The notes under the pieces are model-generated. The model saw only the letters and a list, made by a program, of their open reading frames with translations. It was not told the DNA's origin and did no database searches. Below, one piece after another: positions 52,961 to 63,863 of a stretch of DNA of 64,000 bases. Each line of letters opens with the position of its first letter. Within the stretch, counting starts at the first letter, position 1. Source of the stretch: an uncultured Chloroflexia bacterium. Lineage in GTDB: Bacteria; Chloroflexota; Limnocylindria; Limnocylindrales; CSP1-4. Where the stretch lies: positions 416,001 through 480,000 of the forward strand of contig CAWFXA010000001.1 of the NCBI GenBank assembly GCA_963819655.1, in the 5' to 3' direction. A program made the position numbers and the translations under genes.

Positions 52961-54597
52961 GACTTCCGGAGCCGGCGGCCGCAGGTCCGACACAGGCGAG
53001 CTCTCCATGTCACCTTGCTGCCGCAGTAGCGGCACGGAACAAATCGATGGGCACGCTCGCCGGGTCCCGACGCAAGGCTCATCAAGGACATCGCGGGCGC
53101 GCCGCCGGCGAGCTGGGCAGGATCCCCGAGCGCGATGGCCATCGGACCACCGGTCGCTGACATCGTCGTGGCTCCGGTCATCGTCGGTGTCGGCGCGAGG
53201 ACGCGGGATGGTCGGGTCACCAGCCGTCGGATGCGGCTGCCAGCCGCGCGCACGCGGCGGGCGACTGCCCGAACCAGGTTCACCGGAAGGAGCAGGAGCG
53301 TCACGACCGCATGGCCGATCCGCCGCAGCCCGCGTCGACCGGCTCGACCGACGGGACGTCCACCGGCCAGGACCAGGGCGATCGCCACGCTGAGACCGGT
53401 GCCCAGCACGAACACGGCGTCGACGTAGCTCACCACCGGCAAGCGGGCGCTCTGGTCGCGCGACAGGACGAGCGGTGTCGAGACCGGGAACCCGGGGGGA
53501 TGCTCGACGAGCGCCGTGTAATTGCCACGCGGCAACGCGCTGATGGTGGCCGACGCCCGCTCGTCGAGTGGGACACTCTCGGTCGACCCGTTCGGGTGCA
53601 CGAGCCGGACCGATGTCCCGATCGGATAGCCAAACAACGCGTCCTGCCCGGAGAACGTCAGCGAGTAGAGCAGAAGCGGGACCACCCATGTATCGATGGC
53701 GCCGTCCGGCGAGAAGTGCAGCCGGCCACGATCGACGACGTTCGAGCCGCGGACGCCGACCTCCTGGAGCCGGTACTCGATCGGTACCGAGCTCAGCTGA
53801 CCGCCGACACGCATGATCCGGTTCTCGATCAGCCAGGTCGGCTCCAACGCACTTGGTTGCAGGACCTCTCCACGGTCATTCGCGATGAGCAGCGACTCGA
53901 TGCGCCCTGGGTCGACGGGCGCGCCCGTGGAGTCGACGAAGCCGAACTCGACAAGGTGTTTGCGCTCCAGCCCGATGACCAGGTCCGATCGGCCCGGCAA
54001 CCTGATCGAACGCGTCGTGTCACGGCTGCCGTCACCCCATCGATCGAACGTGAGCTCCCGTTTGGGTTCCGCGGGAGGCAGGATGACGTCCAGCTCGTAC
54101 CGGCGGACCTCCGGGATCGGGATCCTGATCGTCCCGTCCGCCCCGGTCGACAATGGGCTGCCGCGGTCCACCCGGAGAAGCGGCAGACCGGCGATCGCGG
54201 GCACCGTCCGCACCGTGAACGTGGCCGGGATGACGTGGAGTGTCACGGGGGCGCTCACGCTCGCAAGGAGGTCCGCGGTCCCCCGGAAGACCGCCTGGAT
54301 CTGGTAGTCGCCAGCATCCAGGTCGCGTGCCAGCACGGTCGTCGCCTCGCCCTTGACGTCGGTGACGACGCGCATCGTCTGGCGCCCGTCGAGCTGGACC
54401 TGCACGGCCGCACCGGCGACCGGGCCGGCCGAGCCGGTCAGGCGGACCATCACGGTCGGGTGCACCCCGACGGTGATGGACGAGTCCAGGTCCATCGTCA
54501 GAGATGTGGGGGTAGCGGCTTGCACCGACATCGGGCCAAAAAGCCAGGCCGTCAGCAGGCTCAGGCAGGCCGCGAGCCTGATCGACCGCCCGATCAT
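52957..54597 (-). CDS. secreted Ig-like domain membrane protein with C-terminal zinc ribbon
   Basis: Signal peptide, Ig-like (AGDYQIQAVFRG), TM, terminal CRYC...CRTC. Confidence 0.7.
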   Translation of the reverse strand: MIGRSIRLAACLSLLTAWLFGPMSVQAATPTSLTMDLDSSITVGVHPTVMVRLTGSAGPVAGAAVQVQLDGRQTMRVVTDVKGEATTVLARDLDAGDYQIQAVFRGTADLLASVSAPVTLHVIPATFTVRTVPAIAGLPLLRVDRGSPLSTGADGTIRIPIPEVRRYELDVILPPAEPKRELTFDRWGDGSRDTTRSIRLPGRSDLVIGLERKHLVEFGFVDSTGAPVDPGRIESLLIANDRGEVLQPSALEPTWLIENRIMRVGGQLSSVPIEYRLQEVGVRGSNVVDRGRLHFSPDGAIDTWVVPLLLYSLTFSGQDALFGYPIGTSVRLVHPNGSTESVPLDERASATISALPRGNYTALVEHPPGFPVSTPLVLSRDQSARLPVVSYVDAVFVLGTGLSVAIALVLAGGRPVGRAGRRGLRRIGHAVVTLLLLPVNLVRAVARRVRAAGSRIRRLVTRPSRVLAPTPTMTGATTMSATGGPMAIALGDPAQLAGGAPAMSLMSLASGPGERAHRFVPCRYCGSKVTWRARLCRTCGRRLRKS

Positions 54598-56255
54598 CGT
54601 CGACCGACCCGGATGTGGCCGAAGGCCGCATTGAGGATGGTCGCTGCGGCGATGATGACGGCGAGGGCGTACGACGCGTAGATGAACTCGCGCCGGACGG
54701 GTGGGCGGTCCGGCGTCGCCGCGGACTGGGGAGCCGGCAACGAGCCCGAAACGGCGGATTGCACCTCGTAGATCTGGATGATGGGCGTTTCGATCGTCGT
54801 CCCGGACGCCGCGCCCGACAACGTCTGGACGTGCACGAGGCGGCCGTCGTAGCGACGCACGAGCTCCATGAGCTTGTCCGAGAAATGCGACGTCCGGGCG
54901 GCCGAGAACGCATCCCACACGAGGTAGCGGAACTCGCCCGTGCGGACGCTGAGATCTGCGTTGCGGATCGGCTCGTACGACGGATTCCGCTTCAACGGGT
55001 CAGGGCTCACGGACAACGCCCGGGTCGTTCGATGCCCGTAGAACTGGAGGATGTTGCCCATCGATGGACCGATCGTCATGAGCCGCGCCGACGCCGGCAA
55101 GTTCGTGTCGATCCACTGGCCCGCCTCGCGCCCTCCGGACACGCCCCCTCCCCCGGCCAGCACCTGGCCGGTCGCCGGGCCGAGGATCGTGAACGCAGAT
55201 TGGACGGCGAGTGACGCAGCGACGATCAGGACGGCGATGGCGCGCGGCTGACGGACGAGCTTCGGGACCCAGCGAGGCGCCTCGGGCACGCGCCGCGGAC
55301 GCCAGTCCACGAGCAACCGCGCCGCGAGGATGGCCACCACCGGCGCCGCCGGGAGGAGGTATTGGAACCCTTTCGTCGGCCACAGCTCGAAGAACGTGAC
55401 CGGGACAAAGACCCACGCGAGCAGGAGCCGGAGGCGCCAGTCGGCGTTCGAGCGGAATACCCACAGGCTGACCAGGGCGACGAGGAGGAGAAGCAGGCCG
55501 ACGGCCTGGGGGACCACGGTCGGATAGAAGAGGAGGTCGTGGTTGGGACGGCGGAGGAGCTGCCACACGAAATACTGCTGCGCCGTGCTCGCGCCACCTC
55601 CACCGGCGAGCGCCAGCGACAACGGGAAGCACGCGATGACCAGACCCATCGTCAGCATCGCGATCGCGAGATGGCGGAGCCGGACGAAGAGGTCGGGAAC
55701 CAACGCGAGGAACGCGTAGGTGGCAGCGATGAACACGATGGCCGTTTCCTTCGACAGGAATGCGAGCCCCAGGACGGCGCCTGCGGCGTACAGCCAGGCG
55801 TACCGATTCCCCTTTCCGAAGCGCGCAAGGCAGTACAACGTGAGCGTCGTCAGGAAAGTCAACGGCCCGTCGAGCAGGAACTGTCGCGTCACGATGACGT
55901 GGTAGGGCATCACCGCTATGAACAGCGCGGCCACAAGTCCGACCCAACGCCCGTACAGCAGAGACCCAAGCAGGTAGACCAGGACGATCGTCGCGAGGCC
56001 GATGATCGTCGCCGTGACCCGCGCCACTATGTCGCTGCCGTCGATGCTGAACGCGAGCGCCAGCGTCGTTTGGACCAGCAGCGGGTGCGCCCGGAAGATC
56101 GGGAAGAACGGCGCGAGCACGGTGTCGCCGGCGATCGACGCAGCCTGCCCCGAGTAGACGGCTTCATCGGAGTTCATCCCGACCGCGGTGAGGCCATACA
56201 GCCGCATGACGGCCGCGACCGCGACGATCAGGAACGGAGCGGCCCGACCGATCAC
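54594..56255 (-). CDS. GT-C glycosyltransferase family 39 (PMT/ArnT-like)
   Basis: NSDEAVY, HPLL, AFLSKET, QYLLP; multiple TMs. Confidence 0.88.
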   Translation of the reverse strand: MIGRAAPFLIVAVAAVMRLYGLTAVGMNSDEAVYSGQAASIAGDTVLAPFFPIFRAHPLLVQTTLALAFSIDGSDIVARVTATIIGLATIVLVYLLGSLLYGRWVGLVAALFIAVMPYHVIVTRQFLLDGPLTFLTTLTLYCLARFGKGNRYAWLYAAGAVLGLAFLSKETAIVFIAATYAFLALVPDLFVRLRHLAIAMLTMGLVIACFPLSLALAGGGGASTAQQYFVWQLLRRPNHDLLFYPTVVPQAVGLLLLLVALVSLWVFRSNADWRLRLLLAWVFVPVTFFELWPTKGFQYLLPAAPVVAILAARLLVDWRPRRVPEAPRWVPKLVRQPRAIAVLIVAASLAVQSAFTILGPATGQVLAGGGGVSGGREAGQWIDTNLPASARLMTIGPSMGNILQFYGHRTTRALSVSPDPLKRNPSYEPIRNADLSVRTGEFRYLVWDAFSAARTSHFSDKLMELVRRYDGRLVHVQTLSGAASGTTIETPIIQIYEVQSAVSGSLPAPQSAATPDRPPVRREFIYASYALAVIIAAATILNAAFGHIRVGRR

Positions 56256-56284
56256 GCGACCGCTTTCATGACGCTGGGATGGTA

Positions 56285-59200
56285 TTAGTCGAACGTGACG
56301 ACGAGTTGCGGTCGGTTGCTGACTGTGGCCTCCCGTGAGGCCACCCCGAGACCATTGCTGGACTGGGCGACGAGCACGAAGCTGTACGTCCCGTCGCCGT
56401 TGACGACGGTGGTGACGGGGTACTCGACGAACGTGTTCTTGGAGACGCTGCCGAGGTCGCCCACGACGGTGCCAGCGGCGGGCTGGTTATTCCAGGTCAG
56501 CGTCGATTCGGTCCAGGCGCTCGATGTCGTCGCGAGCTGCGGAGCGTTCGGCGTGCTGTCGGTCACCCACAGCCGGACGACGGCGCTCTTGACCGTGCCG
56601 GTGATGCCCGTGGCCACGAACTTGAGGTACCCGCGCTGGGCGGGCGACGTGTCAGCGAAGATGTTGGTGCCGGTCCCGAAGTTGCTGTTGCCGCTCCCCG
56701 CCGCCGTGTAGGTGTCCTCGACCGCCACGAACGCGATCATGGTGGGTGTCGTGACGCTGGCTGGGGTACTCGGGGCGGACTGGTTCGCCAGATCCCTGGC
56801 CACGATCCGGTAGCTGTAGGTCGTACTCGGAGCGACGGTCGCGTCGGGGTAGTTGAGGGTCGTCCCCGAGACCGACGCGATGACCGTGCCGTCGCGCACG
56901 ACGTCGTAGCCGGTGACCGCCACGTTGTCGGTCGAGGCCGACCACGACACGTCCACGAGCGAGGTCGACGCGGCAACCGCGCTGACCCCCGTCGGCACGC
57001 TCGGCGCCTCGGTGTCCGGCGGCCCGGGCAGGTACGTGACGACGAGCTGAGGTCGGTTGGTCGCGGCGGTGACCTGACGCGAGGCCACCCCGTGGCCATT
57101 GCTGGATTGTGGAACAAGCACGAAGCTGTAGGTGCCGTTGCCGCTGATGGCGACGGTGGCGGGATACTCGATGAAGGTGTTCCTTGAGACGCTGCCGAGG
57201 TCGCTCACGACGGTTCCCGGCGCGGGCTGGTTGTTCCAGGTCAGGGCGGTTTCGGTCCAGGTGCTGGTCGTCGTGGCGAGCTGCGCGGCGTTCGACGTGC
57301 TGTCGGTCACCCACAGGCGGATCACTGCGTTCTGGACCGTGCCGCTGATACCGGTGGTCACGAACTTGAGGTACCCGCGCTGGGCGGGTGAGGTGTCAGC
57401 GAAGATGTTGGTGGCGCTCCCGTAGTTGGTGTTGCCGGTCCCCGCGTCGGTGTAGGTATCCGCGACAGCCACGAAGGCCACCGTGACGGGTACAGCCGGG
57501 GTCGTGACGCTCACGGCCGGGCTGCTCGGGGCGGACGGGTTGAGGCCGTCGGTGGCGACGATCTGGTAGCCATAGGTCGTGCTCGGGGTGACCGTCGCGT
57601 CGGGATAGGTCAGGGTCGTCCCCGAGACCGACGCGATGACCGTGCCGTCGCGCACGACGTCGTAGCCGGTGACCGCCACGTTGTCGGTCGAGGCCGACCA
57701 CGACACGTCCACCAGGGTCGGCGAGGCGGCCACGGCGCTGACCCCGGTCGGCACGCTGGGCGGCTCGGTATCGGACGCGGCCGGGGTCGTGACGAGGGAC
57801 GCGACGCTCGGAGCGGACTGGTTGCCGGCCAGATCCTTGGCCACGACCGTGTAGCTGTAAGTGGTCGACGCGGCGACCGTCGCGTCGGGGTAGGTCAGAG
57901 TGGTGTCGGACACCGACGCGATGACGACGTCGTCGCGCAGGACGTCGTAGCCGGTCACCCCGACGTTGTCGGTCGACGCCGTCCACGACACGTTGACGAG
58001 CGACGACGAGGCGGCCACCGCGCTGACGTCGGTCGGCACGCTCGGATCCTCGATATCGCCCGCGGCCGGCGTGGTGACGACCGACGCGATGCTCGGAGCG
58101 GACTGGTTGCCGGCCAGATCCTTGGCCACGACCGTGTAGCTGTACGTGGTCGACGCGGCGACCGTCGCGTCGGGGTAGGTCACGGTGGTCCCGGACACCG
58201 ACGCGATGATGACGTCGTCGCGCAGGACGTCGTAGCCGGTCACCCCGACGTTGTCGGTCGACGCCGTCCACGACACGTCGACGAGCGACGACGAGGCGGC
58301 CACCGCGCTGACGTCGGTCGGCACGCTCGGATCCTCGGTGTCGGGCGTTGGTTCGCCGACGTCGTAGGTCTGGACGTCGAAGCTCTGGCCGAGCGAGTTG
58401 ATCGGCTCCACGGTCACCTGGCTGCCGTCGACTGTCACCTTGAGGAAATGGATCACCTCGGCCGGCGAGCTCGGCGGCGTCGCCGCGCCGCAGGCGTTGC
58501 CGGTACTCGAGCTGTTGGACCAGCCGATCGCGTACGCGTCGATGGCCAGACACGGATCTTCGCCGACGGACTGCGTCTTCGCGCCGCCACCGCCGGTGAG
58601 GTAGGCGACCGTGCCGCCCGGATCCGCGAAGTTGCGCTGGTAGATGTGCGCGTGGCCGTTGAAGGCAAGCTTGACGTCGTACTGGTTGAGGAGGCCTTGC
58701 AATGAGTTCGGGCCGTGGAGGAAGGTGTCCGACGTCTCGTGCTTCTGGTCGGAATACAGCGGGTAGTGGAACGCAGCCATCTTGATCTGGTTCGGGTGGG
58801 CAGCGAGGTCCGCCTGGAGCCACTGGTACTGGGCGCTGCTCGGCGTCCATTGGTAGGCGGCGTCGACCTCGTACGGGTCGCTGTTGACGCCACCGTTCGA
58901 GTCGGACCACGCGGCCTGGAGGACGTAGATCCGCGTCCGCCCGGCATCGAAGGCATACCAGGTGCTCGGGAGGACCAGGGACTGCGGTCCCGAGCAGACA
59001 GCAGTACGTATCGCGCTGGTAGCGTCCGTTCGATTCGCTGACGGCGCGGTCCTGCGGCCAGTTCGTGAGATGGGGATGCGCCATGTCGTTGCGCAGGAAG
59101 CCGTGGTTGCCGATCGCCGGGTACATCGGGATGGATGAGCCGGCCACGGTCCAGAACTGCGGACCGAAGATCGCACTCAGCTCGGGGCCGACCTCGACGA

Positions 59201-60426
59201 GGTCGCCGTAGTTGCCCTGGCTGCCCGACGCGTAGGCGTTGTCACCGGTGGTCACGGCGAAGCTCACCCCACTCTGGGCGATGCGTTGCATGAGGTTCGC
59301 CTGGTCCGGGTTGCTCGACGACTCGTCGACCTGGCCCCAATCGCCGAGCACGGCGAACGAGAAGGGGGTCGTGGAACCGGTCGGCAGCAGCGTCCGGAAC
59401 CTCGGGCTGGGGTCGCTGCCCAGAAGGTCCGCACCGTCCAGGCGTGACCCGATAGCAGTACGCCTGATCCGGGAGGAGCGTGAGGTTGGCCTCCCATTGG
59501 TAGAGCGGGACGGAGTTCACCGTGATCGGTGTCCGCGCGCCCGCGACCGAGGTCGTCGGGGAGCACGATCCGTCGCCGGCGACAGCGCCCCACACGGCTG
59601 CCGCGATCGTGGACGACCGATCCGTCGCCCAGTTGATCGTCGCGTAGCCGGTCACGGCATCGGCTGAGTTCACGACGTCGGTGAGGTACGGATAGCGACG
59701 CAGCGACGCGGAGAACGCAGCGGTCGACAACGACGCCGTCGCGGCGTCGGTCCCGGACGACCTGGTTCCCGGGGAGGCCGCGGTCGCGCCGGCCGTCGTC
59801 GTCGTCTCGACCGGAGCCTCGTCCGATCGCCCCGACCGTAGGCCGGTGATGTCGACGGCCTCGACGGTGTAGATGCCCCGCGCCGAGTCCTTGCGCATGT
59901 CGATGAACGCGAGGGTGCCCGAGTTGACGGTCGCGACGTGCCGGTTACCGCGCCGGATCACGTACGCCGAGATGTCGGAATCGTCGTTGGAGCTCTGCCA
60001 GTCGACGAGCACGGAGCCGTCGGCCATCGCCACCGCATGGACATCCTCGGGAACGGTCGGTCGGTTGTGGTCCTGGCGTTCGGGAGGGCTGGGTGTCTTC
60101 ACACGGATCGCTGCCGTGGCTGCGGTCCCGCCAGGGCTGACCGCCTCGACGATATAGGTGTACCGGCGCCCTGCCAGGACCGTGGAGTCGTTGAAGGTGA
60201 ACGTGGCCGGGTTGACGGACGCTCGGACGGCGCCATCGCGGCGAACGTTGTACGAGGTGACGTCGGGGCTGCCGGGCTCCCACTCGAGGACGACCTCGGC
60301 GGACGTGATCGCCACCGCTCGGACGATCGGGGGCGCGCTCGGCGGCGTCGCGGCAGCAGCGGTCGGGATCGCCACCGCGACGGGCAGGGCGAGCAGAAAC
60401 GCGGCGACACGACGCCCGGCTTTCAT
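56285..60426 (-). CDS. large secreted metallophosphoesterase (purple acid phosphatase-like) with FN3 repeats and DNRLRE-like domains; +1 frameshifts at ~59441 and ~58985
   Basis: Signal peptide MKAGRRVAAFLL; motifs GDWG, GDNAY, GNHG, HYP, GHAH across three frames; repeated WTASTDNVGVTGY; 2x YLKF..VRLWV. Confidence 0.82.
56290..58340 (-). repeat. intragenic FN3 repeats (~285 bp period) and duplicated DNRLRE-like units
   Basis: Near-identical units at about 57790-58050 and 58075-58340, plus related copies at about 57500-57770 and 56750-57015. Confidence 0.85.
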
Positions 60427-60660
60427 CGGTCGAGAACGCCTGGTGACAGGACCAGGTGCTCGGCTGGCCGGCATGTGGCCGGGCACCAGCCGAGAGGGTG
60501 CACTAGGCGCGGTCTCCAACCCCCTTCGTGCATCGAGTGTCGTGGGCCATGGGTACTGCGTCAATGGGGTACCGATGACCCACGGGGCATCGATGCGGCG
60601 CGCACGCAGCGCGCTCGCGAACTTGCGGTGCACTCGCGCACCGAACCGGCTCGGATACCA

Positions 60661-62368
60661 TCAGTCGGCGCCCGCATCCCGCACGGCCGGGACGAGCTCC
60701 AGGGCCGCATCGCCGAGGATGATCTCGGGGATGAAGGGACGTTCCAGTGGCACGGGAACGGGTGTCGGCGCGGACGGCTGGTCGACGGTGCCCAGGTCCG
60801 ACCGGGACGAGGACAGGCCGCCTGATGATGGCTGGGAGTCGCTCTGCCCACTCGTGGCCAGGCACGCTCAGGTGCCATGACCGAGCGTCCGCGATCGCCG
60901 CTCCAAGAAGCTCGGCCTCGCGCTTCCTGAGGGCGGCATAGTCGTCGCCATTGATCCGGATGTGCGGTGCGAACAGGCTGAACGGCGGGAACCCGTAGGC
61001 GTCGTCCGTGTTCTCGATCAACCGTCGAACGGTCTCGTCGTCGGACAGCCGATCCTGTCGTTCCTCGCCGTGCTCCATGAGCACGATGGTGCGGATCGGG
61101 GCATGTCCTCCGACGGCACATTCGAAGAGCGAATCGATGCGATGCTTCGGCGGCGGGACCAGCGCCTGGACGATGGCGTTCATGGTCATGATCGGCAGGT
61201 TCCGCTTCCCGAGCGACTGGCCGGCCCGACGTCCCGACTTCGAGTGGAGCCGGCTCTGGATCGCGAGTGCCGCGCGATCGAAGGTCGTCAGCCGGCCGTC
61301 CTTCGCCACCCGCATCGTGTGGAACGAGAGCGTCATCGGCTTCGGGTAGCTGATCGCTTCACCGTGCGGGCCGACGATCGTCATGTCGTCCGACAGGAAC
61401 CGGTACTCACCGGTTCGCACGAGGGTGATGACCGTGCTCGTCTTGCCCGTGTCGGTCTGCGCCGACAGCAGCGTCGACCCGTGCTCGTCGGCGATCGCGG
61501 CCGAGTGCAGGAGCACGTAGCCCTTGGAGACGAGCAGGAACCGGAGCAGCGCCTCGACGATGTTCGTGTACACCACGTGCGGCGAGATGGCCAGCACGGG
61601 GCTCACCTTGATCTCGATCGGGTCGCCCATGCGGAGCGCGAAGTTCGCTGCCAGCGGACCGAGGTGCTCGCGATACACGAGATCGTCGCCGGTGTCCTCG
61701 AACTTCACGCGTCGCGTGGGCCGGGGCGAGACGAATCCGACGCGGATCCGGATGTCCGGTTTGCTGACGCGGTCGGTCCGGAAATAGGTGAGCTCGCGAA
61801 GCACCACCGCTGACTCGATCGAGAGGATCCCGCCGATGTCGTACGCATAGCGTGCCGCGGCCTCCACCGTTCGGGCAGGCACGGCGACGGTCCCCTCGGC
61901 TGACGCCGCCGCGACTGGCGATCCGCCCCACAGCCAGCGGTGCGAGACGGCGAGGCGAACCACGAAGAATGCGACGAGCGTGACCAGGTTCGAGAGCGCG
62001 TAGCTGACGTGGACGAACTCGGTCAGCATCCAGAGGAACGGGATCCGTAGCACCAGCAAGGCGGCGTTCAGCCCGAGGAAGCCGATGTACCGGTCGCGCA
62101 GTGAGCTGGTCGGTCGGCGTGCGTCGAAGGCCCACCGCTCGATCCACAGGAAGTTCCAGGTCGATGACCCGACCGTGGCGATCGCGGCGGACACGATGTA
62201 GAAGACGGCCAGCAGCTCGGTGACCGCGATCAGCAATACCTGGTTGACGGCGACGCCCGACGCGCCGACGACCGTGAACCTGACCCACTCACGGAAGTGG
62301 GTGCGATCGGTCGACAGGACCCCAAGCCCGCCGGCTCCCCCGGTGCGGGCATCATCAGTTCTATTCAT
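60661..62368 (-). CDS. GtrA-family domain fused to HPr-kinase-like P-loop domain; +1 frameshift near 60792
   Basis: N-terminal RFTVVGASGVAVN...WNF..ERWAF; C-terminal LLHSAA...LSAQTDTGKTS...FLSDD. Removing one G gives TVDQPSAP...DAGAD and a stop at 60661. Confidence 0.8.
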
Positions 62369-62988
62369 CGCGCGCTCGTCTTTCTGTCGAAGGTCTGGGT
62401 CACCTGCAAAGAGCCGGTGGGTCAGCGCAAGCGCTCACCACCGGTGCCGGGACTCCAGTCGGCAGGACCAGCGCGCGGATGACAGCCGAGGAAGGACTCG
62501 CTCGTCGGGATCGCTCGGAACGAAGCCCGACGACGACCAACGCCCACGACGAGACGTCGGAACGCGCACATCCGCATGGCCATATATCTCCCCCTGGCCT
62601 GGGTGGACGCGAGGTCCCCGGCCGGTAGGTCCCTCCCTACGCGGCGTGCGTCAACGACCCAGGTCTAGTCCGTCCCCCCGTGATCGGCACGTCGACGCGA
62701 TGACGCGCGACGAAACATCCCCTACCGATCACAGAGCGACGCGATCGCTCCCCCAAAGCCCCCCGGCTTGGCGCGTGGAAACAGACTCGGCTGGCCGCGG
62801 TGCGGCTCGATGCCGGCGTCTCATCTCGTCAATGCGATGCGTCCGAGCGCGCCCCCCGGGCCCCGCCTACGGACTGTCGATATAGCGCCGTTAACCGTAC
62901 GGAATCACTACTTAACTAGCCCGCACCTCACAAAGCAATACCAGGGAGGTCGCGCGCGGGACAAATCGGAGAATGAGCGGTGCGACGG

Positions 62989-63012
62989 CGCACCAGAGGG
63001 CCCTCTCGGCGC
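62989..63012 (-). terminator. GC-rich hairpin just after the enoyl-CoA hydratase stop
   Basis: Minus strand GCGCCGAGAGGGCCCTCTGGTGC; no U-tract, so weak. Confidence 0.3.
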
Positions 63013-63014
63013 TT

Positions 63015-63863
63015 TTACTCGGCCGATCGGCCTTCCGGATCGGCCTGGGCGGCGGAGCCGGCGAGGCGTTCGTCGTAGCGCTGGTCGCGCCAGGCCAGGG
63101 CTGCCTTGAGGCCCTCCGACCGGACGATCGCGTCGAATTCGCGGGCGGTCTCGCTCATGTTGATGAACGCCTGGAGGTCGAGGCCCATCTCGACCGCCGC
63201 GGCGAAACCCGCGGCATCCATCGCCCGATTGAGCATCAGCTTCGTCGGCGCCATGACATCCGGCGGCACGCGGGCCAACCGGTCGGCAAGGTCATCGACT
63301 TCGTCGTCCAACCGGTCGCGGGCGACCACCCAATTCACCAGACCGATCCGATGCGCCTCGGCCGCATCGATGAGGTCACCGGTCATGAGCAGCTCGCGCG
63401 TCTTCTTCTGCCCGATGAGAAACGGCATCAGCAGCGTGACCGGTGCCGAGCCGAACCGGATCTCGGGCTCCCCGAGCTGGGCGTCGTCGGCCGCGACGAT
63501 GAGGTCGCAGGCCATCGCCAGCTCGAGCCCGCCGGCCAGGGCATAGCCATGGACCTGGGCGATGACCGGTTTCGGGCACGACCAGACCGCCAGGGTGGCG
63601 CCAACGTCCCGCGCAAGGACGTCGCGCCAGGCCCACGCCGTCGGCGGAGCCGCCTCGGAAAGGTCATAGCCGGCGCTGAACGCCCGACCCGCTCCGGCGA
63701 TGGCGATGACCCGGACGCGCTCATCGTCGGCGGCCGCGGCGATCGCCGCCGTGAGGTCGTCGATCAGCTCGGCGGACAGGGCGTTGAGCTTCGCGGGACG
63801 GTTGAGGATCAGCCGGACACCCCACCCGGTCGTCTCCGTGAGCAGAACCGGTTCATCGGCCAT
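63015..63863 (-). CDS. enoyl-CoA hydratase/isomerase family protein
   Basis: LNRPAKLNAL, FSAGYDL, KPVIAQVHGYALAGGLEL, PEIRFG. Confidence 0.95.
   Translation of the reverse strand: MADEPVLLTETTGWGVRLILNRPAKLNALSAELIDDLTAAIAAAADDERVRVIAIAGAGRAFSAGYDLSEAAPPTAWAWRDVLARDVGATLAVWSCPKPVIAQVHGYALAGGLELAMACDLIVAADDAQLGEPEIRFGSAPVTLLMPFLIGQKKTRELLMTGDLIDAAEAHRIGLVNWVVARDRLDDEVDDLADRLARVPPDVMAPTKLMLNRAMDAAGFAAAVEMGLDLQAFINMSETAREFDAIVRSEGLKAALAWRDQRYDERLAGSAAQADPEGRSAE

Noticed and set aside
62590-62680. DosR/NarL-like GGAC-Nx-GTCC boxes here and upstream of other EPS genes
   Set aside because: Spacing is inconsistent, and such words are expected by chance at 70% GC.
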